A DNA stretch of 64,000 nt from the NCBI GenBank assembly GCA_050613775.1, contig JBODTK010000159.1:186001-250000 (forward strand). The letters run 5' to 3'. A model generated the notes under the pieces. That model was not told the DNA's origin. It saw only the letters and a list, made by a program, of their open reading frames with translations, and did no database searches. This document shows, piece after piece, positions 35,533-49,325 of this stretch. How positions within the stretch are numbered: position 1 is the stretch's first letter; the number at the start of each line of letters is the position of its first letter. This DNA is from Neocallimastix sp. 'constans' (lineage: Eukaryota). Both the position numbers and the translations under genes were made by a program.

Positions 35533-37752
35533 TTAAACATTTAATTTGCTTGGATTAATCCATGGTTGATGTGTTTGTTGTTTCGTTGAATAAAACGATG
35601 AACTTCTTGGCATTAATGGTAAACGAATAGTTGGATAATAATCACTATAACAAAATGGGGTACTACTTAAAGTAGAAAGAGTTGGATGATAATAATCTCT
35701 TGATAATAATTTTCTCCTTTCCATAGAATCTTTTGAAATGGTTGAACTAGATGCGATATATCCCCTTTGATATTTTGTTGAATCATTTAAACTTCTCTCC
35801 ATTGTATAAGAAGACATTGAATTTGAATTGGATGGGACTTCATTCTTCCTAGTTTGTTCTAAAATTCCTTTAATATCGTTAGATGATAAACAAACAGCCG
35901 ATGAACGATTGTGTTTACTTCTTCTATTTCTTTTTGAAGAGTTTGCAGATGATGTCAAATTTACTTGTTCCGTTGAAATATTATTTATTTCAGAATTAGA
36001 ATTTGAAGTTACTGAGGGTGAAACAATTTCATTTGATGATATAATATTGGTTTTTTCAATCAAGTTATTTTGAGACGAAAATTCTTGATTAAATTTAGAT
36101 TTTAAATCATTATTGTTATTATTAAAGTCAAAAACTTCCTTATCAATATTTCTAGTTTGCTTATTTGTGGGGGTATTTACAGTATTGTGTTGGTTTTCCT
36201 TTGGATTTTCCTTTGTTTTTTCTTTTGGATTTTCTTTTGAAATTCGATTTTCTGTAGAGTCTTTTAAACTTTTAATAGATTGATTAAATTCTGTACTATA
36301 TTTACTATTAGGTAGATTCTCAACATTTACTGCAGTAATTTGAGTAGTGGATACAATGTTATCTAAAGATAGATATTTTGTATTTAATAAATTAGTGTCG
36401 CTTAAATTATTTGTGTTACCAGTTCTACTTGAACTTTTAGAATTTAAATAGTTTATATTATTTTCATTATTATTATTATTATTATCATTATTATCATTAT
36501 TTTTTGTAGTTGCTTTAGTTGTATTATTAGATTTTAATGTTATATTTCTAATGGTATTTTTTTCGCTTAAATTAGATTGAGATAATGATAAATTTAGGGT
36601 ATTTATTTTTTTTAATGATGGATAATCCATTTGTAAATTATTAAATGATTTTGAGTTCTTAAGACCTATGGTTAAAATTTTATTACTTGAAATATTTTTA
36701 TCCTGTTTAATTTCATGATTTTCACTGTTAACATAATCTCTTAAATTATTTTGAAAAACATTTATTTTTTGATATAAATTCTTAAAATATTTTCCTTTAA
36801 AAAACATTTTAACCTTTTCTTTATCTGATAAACCATCCAAATTCATTTGATTATCCGTGAATAAACAAGAATGATTCACTAAAACTTTGAAATGACCCAA
36901 TCCTTCCTGATAAAAATAATATTTTGATATCAATTCATCATTCATTTTTTTCAAATTACCATGAATAGTACCTCTTTTTATATTTAATCCTTTTATACTT
37001 AAATTTTTCTTTTTCAAATATTTCAATGCTTTTCCTTTATTACCCTCCTTTTTCTTAGTAATAAAAGAATCATTATTAGTAATATTATGAATGCTTTCCT
37101 TCTTTCTTAATATTTTTGTTTCTTTTATCTTTCTGTTATTTTTAATTGATAAAGTTCTTTGATTAATATTTGAAATACTTTTATTATTTAACAATTTAAA
37201 AGGATTATTACTTTTACTTAAATTATCATTTTGAATTATTGGGTCATAGCATATTTTTTTAGTTTCCTCATTTCTATTCAATTTACTTCTAACTAATAGT
37301 AATTCATATTTATTATTAGATGTGTAAATTGCTTGATCTGGGATATATTGATTTAAATTTAAATAATAAGTAATAAATTGTAATTTATTATTATTTTTTA
37401 AAAGTTCTTCAAAAGTATTATAATTTAATTTAAACAATATTTGTTTATTCAAAATAAATAAATAATTAAAATCTGCTAAATCACTTCTTTTAATATCTGA
37501 TGATAAATATACTTTATTTGGTTTATAATTATATTTTACTATCATATTACTTCTTCGCAAAATATAATATAAGGTTTGTATTAATAACTGATAGTTCTGG
37601 CTATTGGTTTGCTGAATAATATTTACTAATTCTTTCAATAACTCCTGAATTTGAATTTCATTATTTATCTTAAATACATAATAATAAGATGGATTTTGGA
37701 ATTTCGAGATAGTGCTCATCTCAGAGCATTCAGATGTATTAATTGTTAACAT
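35533..37752 (-). CDS. Hypothetical 739-aa intronless Asn/Ser-rich protein
   Basis: 2.2-kb stop-free ORF in very AT-rich DNA; no domain recognised. Confidence 0.75.
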   Translation of the reverse strand: MLTINTSECSEMSTISKFQNPSYYYVFKINNEIQIQELLKELVNIIQQTNSQNYQLLIQTLYYILRRSNMIVKYNYKPNKVYLSSDIKRSDLADFNYLFILNKQILFKLNYNTFEELLKNNNKLQFITYYLNLNQYIPDQAIYTSNNKYELLLVRSKLNRNEETKKICYDPIIQNDNLSKSNNPFKLLNNKSISNINQRTLSIKNNRKIKETKILRKKESIHNITNNDSFITKKKEGNKGKALKYLKKKNLSIKGLNIKRGTIHGNLKKMNDELISKYYFYQEGLGHFKVLVNHSCLFTDNQMNLDGLSDKEKVKMFFKGKYFKNLYQKINVFQNNLRDYVNSENHEIKQDKNISSNKILTIGLKNSKSFNNLQMDYPSLKKINTLNLSLSQSNLSEKNTIRNITLKSNNTTKATTKNNDNNDNNNNNNENNINYLNSKSSSRTGNTNNLSDTNLLNTKYLSLDNIVSTTQITAVNVENLPNSKYSTEFNQSIKSLKDSTENRISKENPKEKTKENPKENQHNTVNTPTNKQTRNIDKEVFDFNNNNNDLKSKFNQEFSSQNNLIEKTNIISSNEIVSPSVTSNSNSEINNISTEQVNLTSSANSSKRNRRSKHNRSSAVCLSSNDIKGILEQTRKNEVPSNSNSMSSYTMERSLNDSTKYQRGYIASSSTISKDSMERRKLLSRDYYHPTLSTLSSTPFCYSDYYPTIRLPLMPRSSSFYSTKQQTHQPWINPSKLNV

Positions 37753-37804
37753 TTTTTTATTTTAATTTATTTAATTCTTTAAAAACTTAAATTATTAGTA
37801 TCTT

Positions 37805-37835
<31 letters not shown>

Positions 37836-39360
37836 GAATTATTTTCTTTTATACTTTTTGTATATTTATATTAATATTATAAATTTCTATTTATTAAATG
37901 CATTTTAATTTAAATAAAACTAGAGAATAAAAATACAATAGTATTTAATATATTATTTTCTTAACAAAGATAAAATTAATATATAAAATTTAAATATTTT
38001 AAAATATATTATTATTTTTAAATTAGTTTTTAGAATAATAGTTAAATTATTACTATTATTATTATTATTATTAAATTATTATTATATATTTAAAATTATT
38101 CAAAAATAAATAATTATTTAATATTAATAATATAAAATTTATAAATTTTATTTTTTAATTTAAAATTTAATTAAAAAAATTAATAAATTCTTTTAATATA
38201 GAAATTATAGAGTATGTTAAAAATAACTAAATAAAATTTTAAAGGATATTTTATATTATAAAAATAAAAATAATATTAGATTAAAATTAAGATAAAGATA
38301 TTACTATAAAATAAATTAGAAAAAATGAAAAGATTAATAAATCTTTATATATTATAAATTATATGTGTTATTTAAATTTTAATAGACATTTTTTTTTGTA
38401 TTAAAAATAATAATTAATTTTAATTTTAAACTTAATGCTTTAATAAAAACCTTTTTATTAATATATTAACATTTTATAACGAAAATTTAATTATTGTTTT
38501 ACTATATTATTTTTAATATTGTTTTATTCCATTGATATTAGTTGTACGTTTTTAAATTGTAAATTATATTAATATTTATAAATATAAATTTTATTTTTAT
38601 AATTATGCAATTGAAAAAAAAAAGTATTTATATTTCTTTTTAAATTTTGCTGTTATTAACTTAAATTATTTGTCGAAATTTGAATATTAAAATCAATATT
38701 CTAAAGATAAAGATTATATATTATTATTAAAATTTATTATTATATTATTAAAATTTTACTATAAAATTATTCAATAAAAAAAGTATTTAGGATTATTATT
38801 AAAATATTGTTAACTTAAATTATTTTTCAATGTTTGTTTATTAAAAGCTATACTCTAAAGATTAAGATTGCTATATTATTATTATTAAATTATATTATTA
38901 AATAACTAAATTTAAAAAAAAAAAAAAAACATATATATAAGACAAAAATATTTTTATTAAAATAATAAAAAAATTGAATTTAATAAATAAAAATATTTAA
39001 ATATTAAATTAAATTAATTAAAAGCACAATACATCATTAATTTTAATTGTAAAGTATTAAATAAAAATATATTATATTAAAGTTAAAAAATAAAAAATAA
39101 AAATAAAATAAAAATAATAATAAAAAAAAAAAAAAAAAAAAAAACATTAAAAGTGCATATAAAAAAAAAAAAAATTTAAAAATATTAAAATTAAAAAAAA
39201 TAAAAAAAAATAAAGATAAAAATATAAAAAGTTTACAGGTGAATTATTTATTATTACATAATAAGAAAAAAAATATAGCATAAATTATGAATATAAATTA
39301 ATATATGTATATATATAAATGAAATAAAATCATAAGGAAAAAAAAATATATGAATAAAAA

Positions 39361-39398
<38 letters not shown>

Positions 39399-40129
39399 TA
39401 TAAAAAAAAATTTCTTTTATATTTTTATTATATTGTTATTTATATTAATATTAATAATTAAATAATATATTAATATATATAGGATTTATAGGATTTTGTA
39501 TATTTTTGTCCTGCTTATTATATCATACCAATTGAATTTATTAGTTTTATTTACTTCTAATCTACATATATCATTTTATTTATGATTCTATTCATTAATA
39601 TATTTAGTTTATTAAATTATTTTATTAATCATTAGTTGTTATTAATAATAAACCAATTAAACTAATTAAAGTTTTTTAATTTATTTAGGCATTACAAAAT
39701 ACATTTATTTAATTTTATAATAAATTATATTAATAAATTTAATATATTAATAAATTAAATACATTTATATGGTCTATAATATATTATTTTATTAATTATT
39801 AATCGTGATAGTTATAATTGCATGCTAATTATCAATGAATAAACTTTTTTCTATTTCAAATTCAATTTATTATATAACAAATAAAAAGAGTTATTATATA
39901 TTAAAAAGTATTATTATATTAAAAAGTATGAAAATATATTATAAATTTATTATAAATATATTATAAATATATTATGAACAAAACACATTACTCGAATAGA
40001 ATTCATGAACAGAATATGAAAATGGTTTAAAAAAAAAAAAAAAATAAAAAATACTAAAAATATAAAGAGATATTAAAATTTTTTATTATTAAATCGAGGA
40101 TTAAGTAATTAATAATTAATAACTTTTAA

Positions 40130-40515
40130 ATAATAAATAATAAATAATAAATAATAAATAATTTAATAATAAATAATAAATAATAAATAAATAATTAAAT
40201 AATTAAATAATAAATAATAAATAATTAAATAATAAATAATAAATAATAAATAATAAATAATAAATAATAAATAATAAATAATAAATAATAATTAATAAAT
40301 TATAAATTATAATTAATAAATAATAAATAAATAATAAATTATAATTAATAAATAATAAATAATAAATAATAAATTATAAATTATAATTAATAAATAATAA
40401 ATAAATAATAAATTATAATTAATAAATAATAAACAATTAAATAATAAATAATAAATAATAAATAATAAATATTAAACAATTAAATAATAAATAATAAATA
40501 ATAAATAATAATAAA
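40130..40515. repeat. (TAAATAA)n heptamer microsatellite
   Basis: Direct inspection. Confidence 0.9.
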
Positions 40516-40799
40516 AATTATATAATCATTTTTTATTATAATAATTATTTTAATTAAATTATTTATTGTCATTATTTATAAAACTAGTAATTATTTATTA
40601 AAAAATATTAACAGATAATATTGATAGTAATATTCTATTTATCATTCTTTTTATTATATTCATTATTATTCACTATTATTATTATTATAATTAGTATCAT
40701 TATTTCTATTGCAAATGGTATAAACAACAGTATATCATGAGTACTTCATGAAAAGAATTTTTATTTTTTTTTTTTCTATTAATTATAAATATATAATAT

Positions 40800-41368
40800 T
40801 TTCAATTTCTTTATGTTTATTCCCTATAATCATATTGGAAATGGCTACTAGATGCTACTTTTTTTTACACAATTAGTACTCATACCAATGGCTCTAAATA
40901 TTAAAAGGAATAGAATGTTCTACTATTTCTCTATTTTTATAAGTAATTGGCGGATAACTAGCCTGATTACCTTCTCCAACTGTCAAATATGCCGTACCAA
41001 AGCAATTTACTCTTGGCTTTTCTGGCATATCTTCTAAATACTTTGTATATACTGCTTCCATAGGAATTAGCTTCGAAGAAGAACCTTTAAAACCACTTGA
41101 AAACTAGCCGCCATAATATCAGCAGTCTATTGGCGCCTAAAATAAATAGCATAGAATAAAATGATTCACTGAAAAGATATCTTTTAACACAGTTATACCG
41201 GTTTTCTATTACATACGCAATAGATCATTATCTTCATATTGTGCTTCATTGGAATCTATGTCTTGCGAAAGTTTTTCAACAGTGCATTGAGGCGTTACAG
41301 AATCAATATGTTCAACAACTGCATTAATTGGATTAACTCCATACTTGCAGAGCTTCACCAATATTTCA
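40800..41368 (-). pseudogene. Degenerate coding fragment of unknown family
   Basis: GC-richer island. The minus frame reads KYGVNPINAVVEHIDSVTPQCTVEKLSQD...SSKLIPMEAVYTKYLEDMPEKPRVNCFGTAYLTVGEG with several stops. Confidence 0.45.
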
Positions 41369-41589
41369 TTTTTTTTATATTAATTATTAATATATATTTA
41401 CATTATTTTCAATTAAATTATAGTTTTTAAGATTTGAAATAGTTTAAAAAATAAAATCAAGAAAAAAAATTTTCTCTATTTAAAATTCTTTAAATATTTT
41501 AAAAATTTAAAAAAGTTTTTTTATATTTATAATGAATGATGTAAAATTTTCAATAATAAAAAGGTAAAAAGGTAATAAAAAACAAATAA

Positions 41590-42765
41590 TAATAAGTAAT
41601 AATAAATAATAAATAATGAAATAATAAATAATAAATAAGTTAATAATAAATAATAAATAAGTTAATAATAAATAATTAAATAATAAATAATAAATAATAA
41701 ATAATTAAATAATAAATAATAAATAATAAATAATTAAATAATTAAATAATAAATAATAAATAATAAATAATAAATAATAAATAATTAAATAATAAATAAT
41801 AAATAATAAATAATTAAATAATAAATAATAAATAATTAAATAATAAATAATAAATAATAAATAATTAAATAATAAATAAATAAATAATTAAATAATAAAT
41901 AATAAATAATAAATAAAAATAATAAATAAAAATAATAAATAAAAATAATAAATAATAAATAATAAATAATAAATAGTAACTAATAAATAATAAATAATTA
42001 AATAATTAAATAATAAATAATAAATAATAAATAATAAATAATAAATAATAAATAATAAATAATAAATAATAAATAATAAATAATAAATAATAAATAGTAA
42101 CTAATAAATAGTAACTAATAAATAGTAACTAATAAATAGTAACTAATAAATAATAAATAATAAATAATAAATAATAAATAATAAATAATAAATAATAAAT
42201 AATAAATAATAAATAATTAAATAATAAATAATAAATAATAAATAATTAAATAATAAATAATAAATAATTAAATAATAAATAATAAATAATAAATAATTAA
42301 ATAATAAATAATAAATAATAAATAATAAATAATTAAATAATTAAATAATAAATAATAAATAATAAATAATAAATAATAAATAATAAATAATAAATAATAA
42401 ATAATAAATAATTAAATAATAAATAATAAATAATAAATAATTAAATAATAAATAATAAATATTAAATAATTAAATAATAAATAATAAATAATAAATAATT
42501 AAATAATAAATAATAAATAATAATAATTAAATAATAAATAATAAATAATTAAATAATTAAATAATAAATAATAAATAATAAATAATAAATAATAGATAAT
42601 AAATAATAAATAATAAATAATAAATAATAAATAATAAATAATAAATAATAAATAATAAATAATAAATAATAAATAATAAATAATAAATAATAAATAATCA
42701 ATAATCAATAATAAATAATAAATAATAAATAATAAATAATAAATAATAAATAATAAATAATATTA
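41590..42765. repeat. ~1.2-kb (TAAATAA)n heptamer satellite
   Basis: Direct inspection; variants TAAATAAT and AATAGTAACT are interspersed. Confidence 0.92.
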
Positions 42766-43324
42766 TTAATAAATAATAAAAAGAACATTTATTAATAAAT
42801 AATAAAAAGAACATTTATTAATAAATAATAAACAATACATAGCAAATAATAATACATAGCAAATAATAATACATAATAAATAATAAATAAGTTATAAATT
42901 AAATATATAATAAATAAAAAAAAAATAATAATAATGTAAATAATAAATAGTAAAATTGTAAATAAAAATTAATATGTAATTACATAATAAATATATTGAG
43001 CATTTTTCTGTTGAATATATAAAAAAATTATTTTTTTAATCTATCAATGGATTTATCTTAAAATTTTATACTTTTTATATTGAATGCTTTATTATTACAT
43101 ATATTATAATATATTGAATAATAGAAAGGGAATTGACAGAATTAACATATCATTCTATTTAAAGAAATTACTTTTTTTTTTTTGTGGAAGTTATAAACCA
43201 TAATAAATAATATACAGGTCAGTTGAATGGCGTATATACTAAAATAAGTTAAAAATTGATGAATCGATATTGAAAAAAAAAATAATAAAAATAAAATTCT
43301 TATTTGGCCAATGAAATAATAGTC

Positions 43325-43357
<33 letters not shown>

Positions 43358-43614
43358 CCTTAAATAGTAATAAAATAAAAAAAAAATGAAGAATAAATTC
43401 TATATATATATAAGTTATATAATACAATAATTATTTTATATTTTATATTGATTATAATAAAATAAAGAAAAATAATTGGAATATATTTCAATATAAAATA
43501 TAATATATATAAAAAATTTATAATACATATAATATAATAACAGATAATATAAAGAATAAAAGAATAAAATAAAATTGACTTTGGATAATATATTTTATAC
43601 ATAATTTAAAATAG

Positions 43615-43892
43615 AATAAAATATGATATAAAAGAATAAAATATAAAAGAATAAAATATGATATAATAGAATAAAATATGATATAATAGAATAAAATATG
43701 ATATAATAGAATAAAATATGATATAATAGAATAAAATATGATATAATAGAATAAAATATGATATAATAGAATAAAATATGATATAATAGAATAAAATATG
43801 ATATAATAGAATAAAATATGATATAATAGAATAAAATATGATATAATAGAATAAAATATGATATAATAGAATAAAATATAAAATAATAGAAT
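43615..43892. repeat. 20-bp minisatellite (ATAAAATATGATATAATAGA)n, ~11 perfect copies plus degenerate ends
   Basis: Direct inspection; explains the spurious ORFs at 43518-43946. Confidence 0.92.
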
Positions 43893-44722
43893 AAATAAAA
43901 AATTAGAGAATAGATAGTAAATAATATATAGTTCAATAGTATACAATAATAAGATACAATAAATAAACGATCTTTATTTAAAGTTAATTGAATAAAATTT
44001 TTAAAAAAAAAAAAAAAAAATTAATTTAAAATATTAAGTAATATATAAAAAATAAATGAAATTTGATGAAAAAAATTAAATTCTGCCTACCAATAACCAT
44101 ATAAAGAAAAAGGAGAGCTGAATTTCTAGCTATAATAATTTTTTTTTTTATTGTATTGTTGAAATTAATTTGACGAAATAAGAATAGACCGTTGGCCGTT
44201 GGAAAAAAAATAATAAATAAAATTATTACGTATTTTCTTCTTCTTTTTTTTTTTTTTTTTTTATTATTGTCGTTGTTGTTACTGTTGTTGTCACGGAAAT
44301 AAAACGAAGGCAAAAATGCAAATTGATTACAATACAATAATACATATTGAAGAACAATTTATATAATTATAATTTTTTTTTTTTTTTAATTCTTAATACT
44401 TAAATTTTAAGTTAATAATGTTTATTATTAATATATATATATAATCTAGTATATTATTAAATATAAATTTCTATAATAAAATTTAAAAAAAAAAAAAAAA
44501 AACATTTTGTTCATTCTGGTATTATAATAATTCATATTAAGGGTTAAAACAAAATTTACATATTTTTATATTATTTTAATTAATCCATTTTCAATTATTC
44601 TTCAATTTTACATAATAATATAAATTAATAATAATTATAATTTTATAATAAAGAAAATAATTTTACCTTATAGAAACTTATTTCTTAATGGTAATTATGG
44701 CTTAAGGTTACACAAAATCGAA

Positions 44723-44758
<36 letters not shown>

Positions 44759-46014
44759 AATATTTTATTATTATTTAATATTTTAATATTGTAGACATTA
44801 CCATATTTTTATTAATAATGATGTCATCAACACCATTAAATTATGCAAAATTGTCATAAATTTCTTGATCACCAGCTAATTGAGGGGAGCTGTTACTATG
44901 GCTTCATTAAATATGTTATTAATTTTTTGGTCATTATCTTCCAATTTATCAATCATGATGCTATTAAATAAATTATTCATTATCGTTTGGAATAATTAAA
45001 GATGTTGGTGGTTTATTGATGTATTTTTTATTTTGAGAATCTAATAAATTAGAGTTATTTCTTGGTAATTTTTCTGTTGGTGTTTCTGGAAATATTTCAA
45101 AATTATTTTCTTATATTAAAACTTTTTTTTTTTTTTTTTTTTTCCTTTATATCTCTTTTATTTGAATTTTTTCATTTGTAATTTTTTTTTTCTTAAGTAT
45201 TGTTGAGGGAATAATAATAAAATGTTATTTTCTTTTTTGTGCTAAAAGTGTGCTTATAATAATAATATCATTGATTTTATATTCGTAAAATTTAGAATTT
45301 ATTAAATAATCTATAATGTTGTTAGTATAAATAATTTTTTCATATTTAGATTTAATTCCATCATTGGGAGGATATGTTATTCTATAATATATTATCATAA
45401 TTATAATTTAATATTGTGGTATAATTATAATTTAATATTGTGGTATAATTATAATTTAATATTGTGGTATAATTATAATTTGGTGATCCAAGTTCTTTAT
45501 TTTTTTTTTTTTTTTTTTTTCAGGTTCATAATTATTATTAATGATAATATTATCTTTAAAAAAAAGTAATCGGAATATAATTTGTAAAGTCTTCTACATA
45601 TACATTGACTAAAGCGTATATGACAGAACATGTAATACATTCAATAGTTGGAACTTTTATAACTCTGATAGTAAACTATCATTTAATTTCTTTGATAATT
45701 ATGATTGTAATAAAGATTGTATAACAAAATTTTATAAATAAATACACAAAAAAATTGTAGCACACACAAAAATTTTATTTTATTTATTTTATTTATTATA
45801 ATACTATAAGTTGCAAATAATAATAGGTATGAATAGAACCCTAAATAGTTTGATTCATAGTAATAGTTACAAACAACTACCAATAATAATATTTATAATA
45901 TTTATAATACTAGTTACATCAAAATACTTAAAAAAAATAATAGTTATAACTTAACAAAAAAAAAAAAAAAAAAAAAATCTATTTGTTTGGTCATATTATT
46001 TTAATAACATTTCT

Positions 46015-46101
46015 GAATATTTAAAACTTTGTCTTATTAATAAACCAATATTATCACCTCCAAATTTTGACAAACCATTTATAATTCGTTCTGATGCTTC
46101 A
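46015..46101 (+). pseudogene. Gypsy RT/RNase H junction fragment
   Basis: Translates LINKPILSPPNFDKPFIIRSDAS, similar to LINAPILKFPSFDKPFIIRTDAS in the intact element. Confidence 0.7.
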
Positions 46102-46469
46102 ATTAATAAATTTTATATTATAAGAATATTTATTATAAATATATTAATAAAATATATAATATATAAAATATTTGTAAAATATTTTATATATTAATTTTTA
46201 TCAATATTTTATACTAAATATTATTAAGAGTTATAGAATATTAACATCAATAAGTGTTATAAAATATTAATAAAATATTAACATAAAGTATTAAATAGTA
46301 GATATGGGTTTTAAATAAAACATAAAAAATAAAAAAAAAATATTAAATATGCGGGTAGAGATGCTTTTTTTTTTTAACCTGCTTAATTTTTTTTAATTTT
46401 ATTATTTTTACAATTTATTTTTATTTTATTAATTATTATTATAAATTACAATTATTTAAGTATCTCGCT

Positions 46470-46805
46470 AATTGTACAAGACCAGACATATTATTCGCGG
46501 TAAATATAGTATCTAGAAAATCACAAGATCCCACATATGAAGATTGGTTTAATGTTTTTTTTAAAAATTTTCAGATACTTAAAAAAGACAAGAAAAATTA
46601 TGGAATAAAATTTTAATTTTAATTGTGAAAAAGGATTTTGAAGTATACGTTGATGCAGATTTCGGAAGTGACTTAGACACAAGAAAAATCAACCAATGGT
46701 TATTTTAATGCTAATGGGGGGGGGAGGAGGATTAAACAAGTTGGTACTCGAAACTACAGAGATACGTATCCACTTCAACTGCATAATGTGAATACTACGC
46801 ATTAA
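46470..46805 (+). pseudogene. Ty1/Copia RT-end/RNase H fragment
   Basis: YLANCTRPDILFAVN...FEVYVDADFGSDLDTRK...WYSKLQRYVSTSTA*CEYYA, with frameshifts. Confidence 0.8.
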
Positions 46806-48124
46806 ATGAATTACTTAGTAATCCAATGTATAATTTTAACAAATAAATTTCATGTATTACGAATCATTTTATAGCCCTTGCATTACTATATTTGATTTAT
46901 ATAATTGCGTGCAATAATGATACCATTAATAAAATGGTGTCGTTTATTAATAATAAAATTTATCATTATGTAATGGATCACTGTAACAGATACATGGTAA
47001 CATAACGCCTATCCAATGATAGTCTTTTGGTTACGTAACGTATCTATAAACAGTTAGCAATTTCTAGCTAATCAAATAAAATCTTTACTTAATTTCGTAC
47101 ATTAAATTTTATAATAGTTTATTTTATTATTAGTTATATAGTGATAAATATAGTTTATTAAATGATTAGTAAATCATGTTAAATTAAATAATTTACCAAT
47201 CATTCATTTATTTACATGTATAAAAATAATTGTACTTGTAACAGTAATAGCACTGGCGTTTACTATTAAAGTGAATTATTAAATAAATATTAATATTAAA
47301 TAAATACAATTAATTATTAAAAATAAATAATGACCACTAATGTAAACCCAGTAACTAATAACGAATTAAAGTAATATAATGTACTGCGATATATTCTTAG
47401 GTATATAGAATTAATAATTTATAGTTAATTTAGTGTTTATTTTAACAACTCAAATTAAATTATCTTAGTCTTTGTGTGTTGAAATTATAACTGAATTGAA
47501 ATCTCTATTTCAGTTATATACATTTCATTAATTAAGAATAATATTTATTTAATTATAAATACTATATAATTATATAATTAATAATTAATATAAATTCTTG
47601 CTTAATATTTAAAGGATTATCGTAGGCCTAAATAATTCTGAGAATATTAATAAATACGGTTTATATTAATAATTAATTTCAATTCTACATTTGACGTCAG
47701 GTGTATTTTATTTATATTATGTTTTTATATATGTTTACAACATATCTATATTAATTTCAATTATTCGAATTAATTATATAATTATAAATTAAATTTATCT
47801 TATTATTTTATTAATAGTTATATTACTCTATTATTAATATCGATATAATTAAATACTATTATTATTTATGTAACTTACAAAGAATAAAAGAAGGATATGT
47901 AAAATTCTATCTTTTATGTTCTATGTAAAAGTTATTATAAAATTACCTTAATGGTAATATTTTATAGATATTTAATTATTCAATAAAGAGAAATTATTAT
48001 AAATAAAATTAATTAAATAACTCTTAATAATAAATTCTAAATAAATTTTTATTAAAAACTAAATTATTTAAATATATTCATTATGATAATATATCTAATA
48101 TAATCATAATTCTTTTTGTAATAT

Positions 48125-49325
48125 CCTTAGTTATACAGGCAGGGGTGTCTTCTTGAAATATCACTTCTCTTACTTGATGTAGAGAAAAATTATTATAGTC
48201 CATGATTAAATAAGAGTTTGAATCATTACTGAATCCTAAGAAAAAACCTTTTTTTACCGTTTGGATCTAATTTTCCTTTCTTAGGAGAGAAATCCATATA
48301 ATAAGCGATACACCCAAAAAACTTTAACATGATTAACATAAATGGGAGTACCATAAAATACTTCATTGGGAATTTGATTATTTTAAAAGGAATAAAGAAT
48401 TTGATTATTATTAAATCGTTCAGCAATACCATTGTTTTGAGGATTTCTTGGAGGAGAATAGAGTTTTCTAATTACCATTCTTTTTACAGAATTTATTGAC
48501 TCTTCTGCTACAATATTCTTTACCTTAGTCCGATTTGAAATTAGTAATTTTTATAGTTTTGAAAAAAAAATTATTTAAATATTTGAAAAAATTAATAATA
48601 ATATCAATAGCATCTGATTTTCTTTTCATTGTGAAGATCCAAGCTTTCCTAGAGAATTCATCAATGAAAGTAATGATGAATTTTTAAAACCAAAAATTGA
48701 ATCCGGGAAAGGACCAACAATGTCGGACATGGATAATATCTAATAACTTGGTAGCTTTAGGAGTTACTCTGTTGTGAGGTAACCTTTTCATTTTAGCTAT
48801 TCCACAGGTAATACAAATTATTGTCGTTGCTATTATGACTTGTGGTGTGTTCCTTTATAAATTTTGATAAATCTTTGTGGTAGAAGTGACCAAGTCTTCT
48901 ATGCCAAAGATTATCATTATCAGTATTCCTAATTAAATTATTATATTTATTATTTATTTTTAATACTAAAAGTGTTTCTTCCATCAATTGACCTATAAAG
49001 TGTTAATAATATTATTATCATTGTCTGTAATGATAAGGTGTGGCTCATTGTTAATAAGTTTAGTTATTGATATTTAATTCAGTGTAAGCAAATTGTATAC
49101 CACTAATCAAATTTTTTTGTTTGCGTGCCTAGAATAAAAAATACTTTACTATTAAAGTAATGTCATATAACCGTAAATTGAGCCTTTCTATGTATCAAAT
49201 CCCTCGAAGTCCATTTCAGAATTGTTGACACATGTTAAATTAATTTTGTATTTTTTATAAGTTAGTTAATAAACTTCTGTCATTAGTAATATGTACAATT
49301 GCACCAGAATCATAGATCCAAGTTG
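48125..49325 (-). pseudogene. Decayed Ty1/Copia protease - GAG-pre-integrase - integrase segment
   Basis: WIYDSGAIVHIT (protease), LWHRRLGHF, DIVGPFP, SPPRNPQNNGIAERFN and FFGCIAYY, with many disruptions. Confidence 0.8.
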
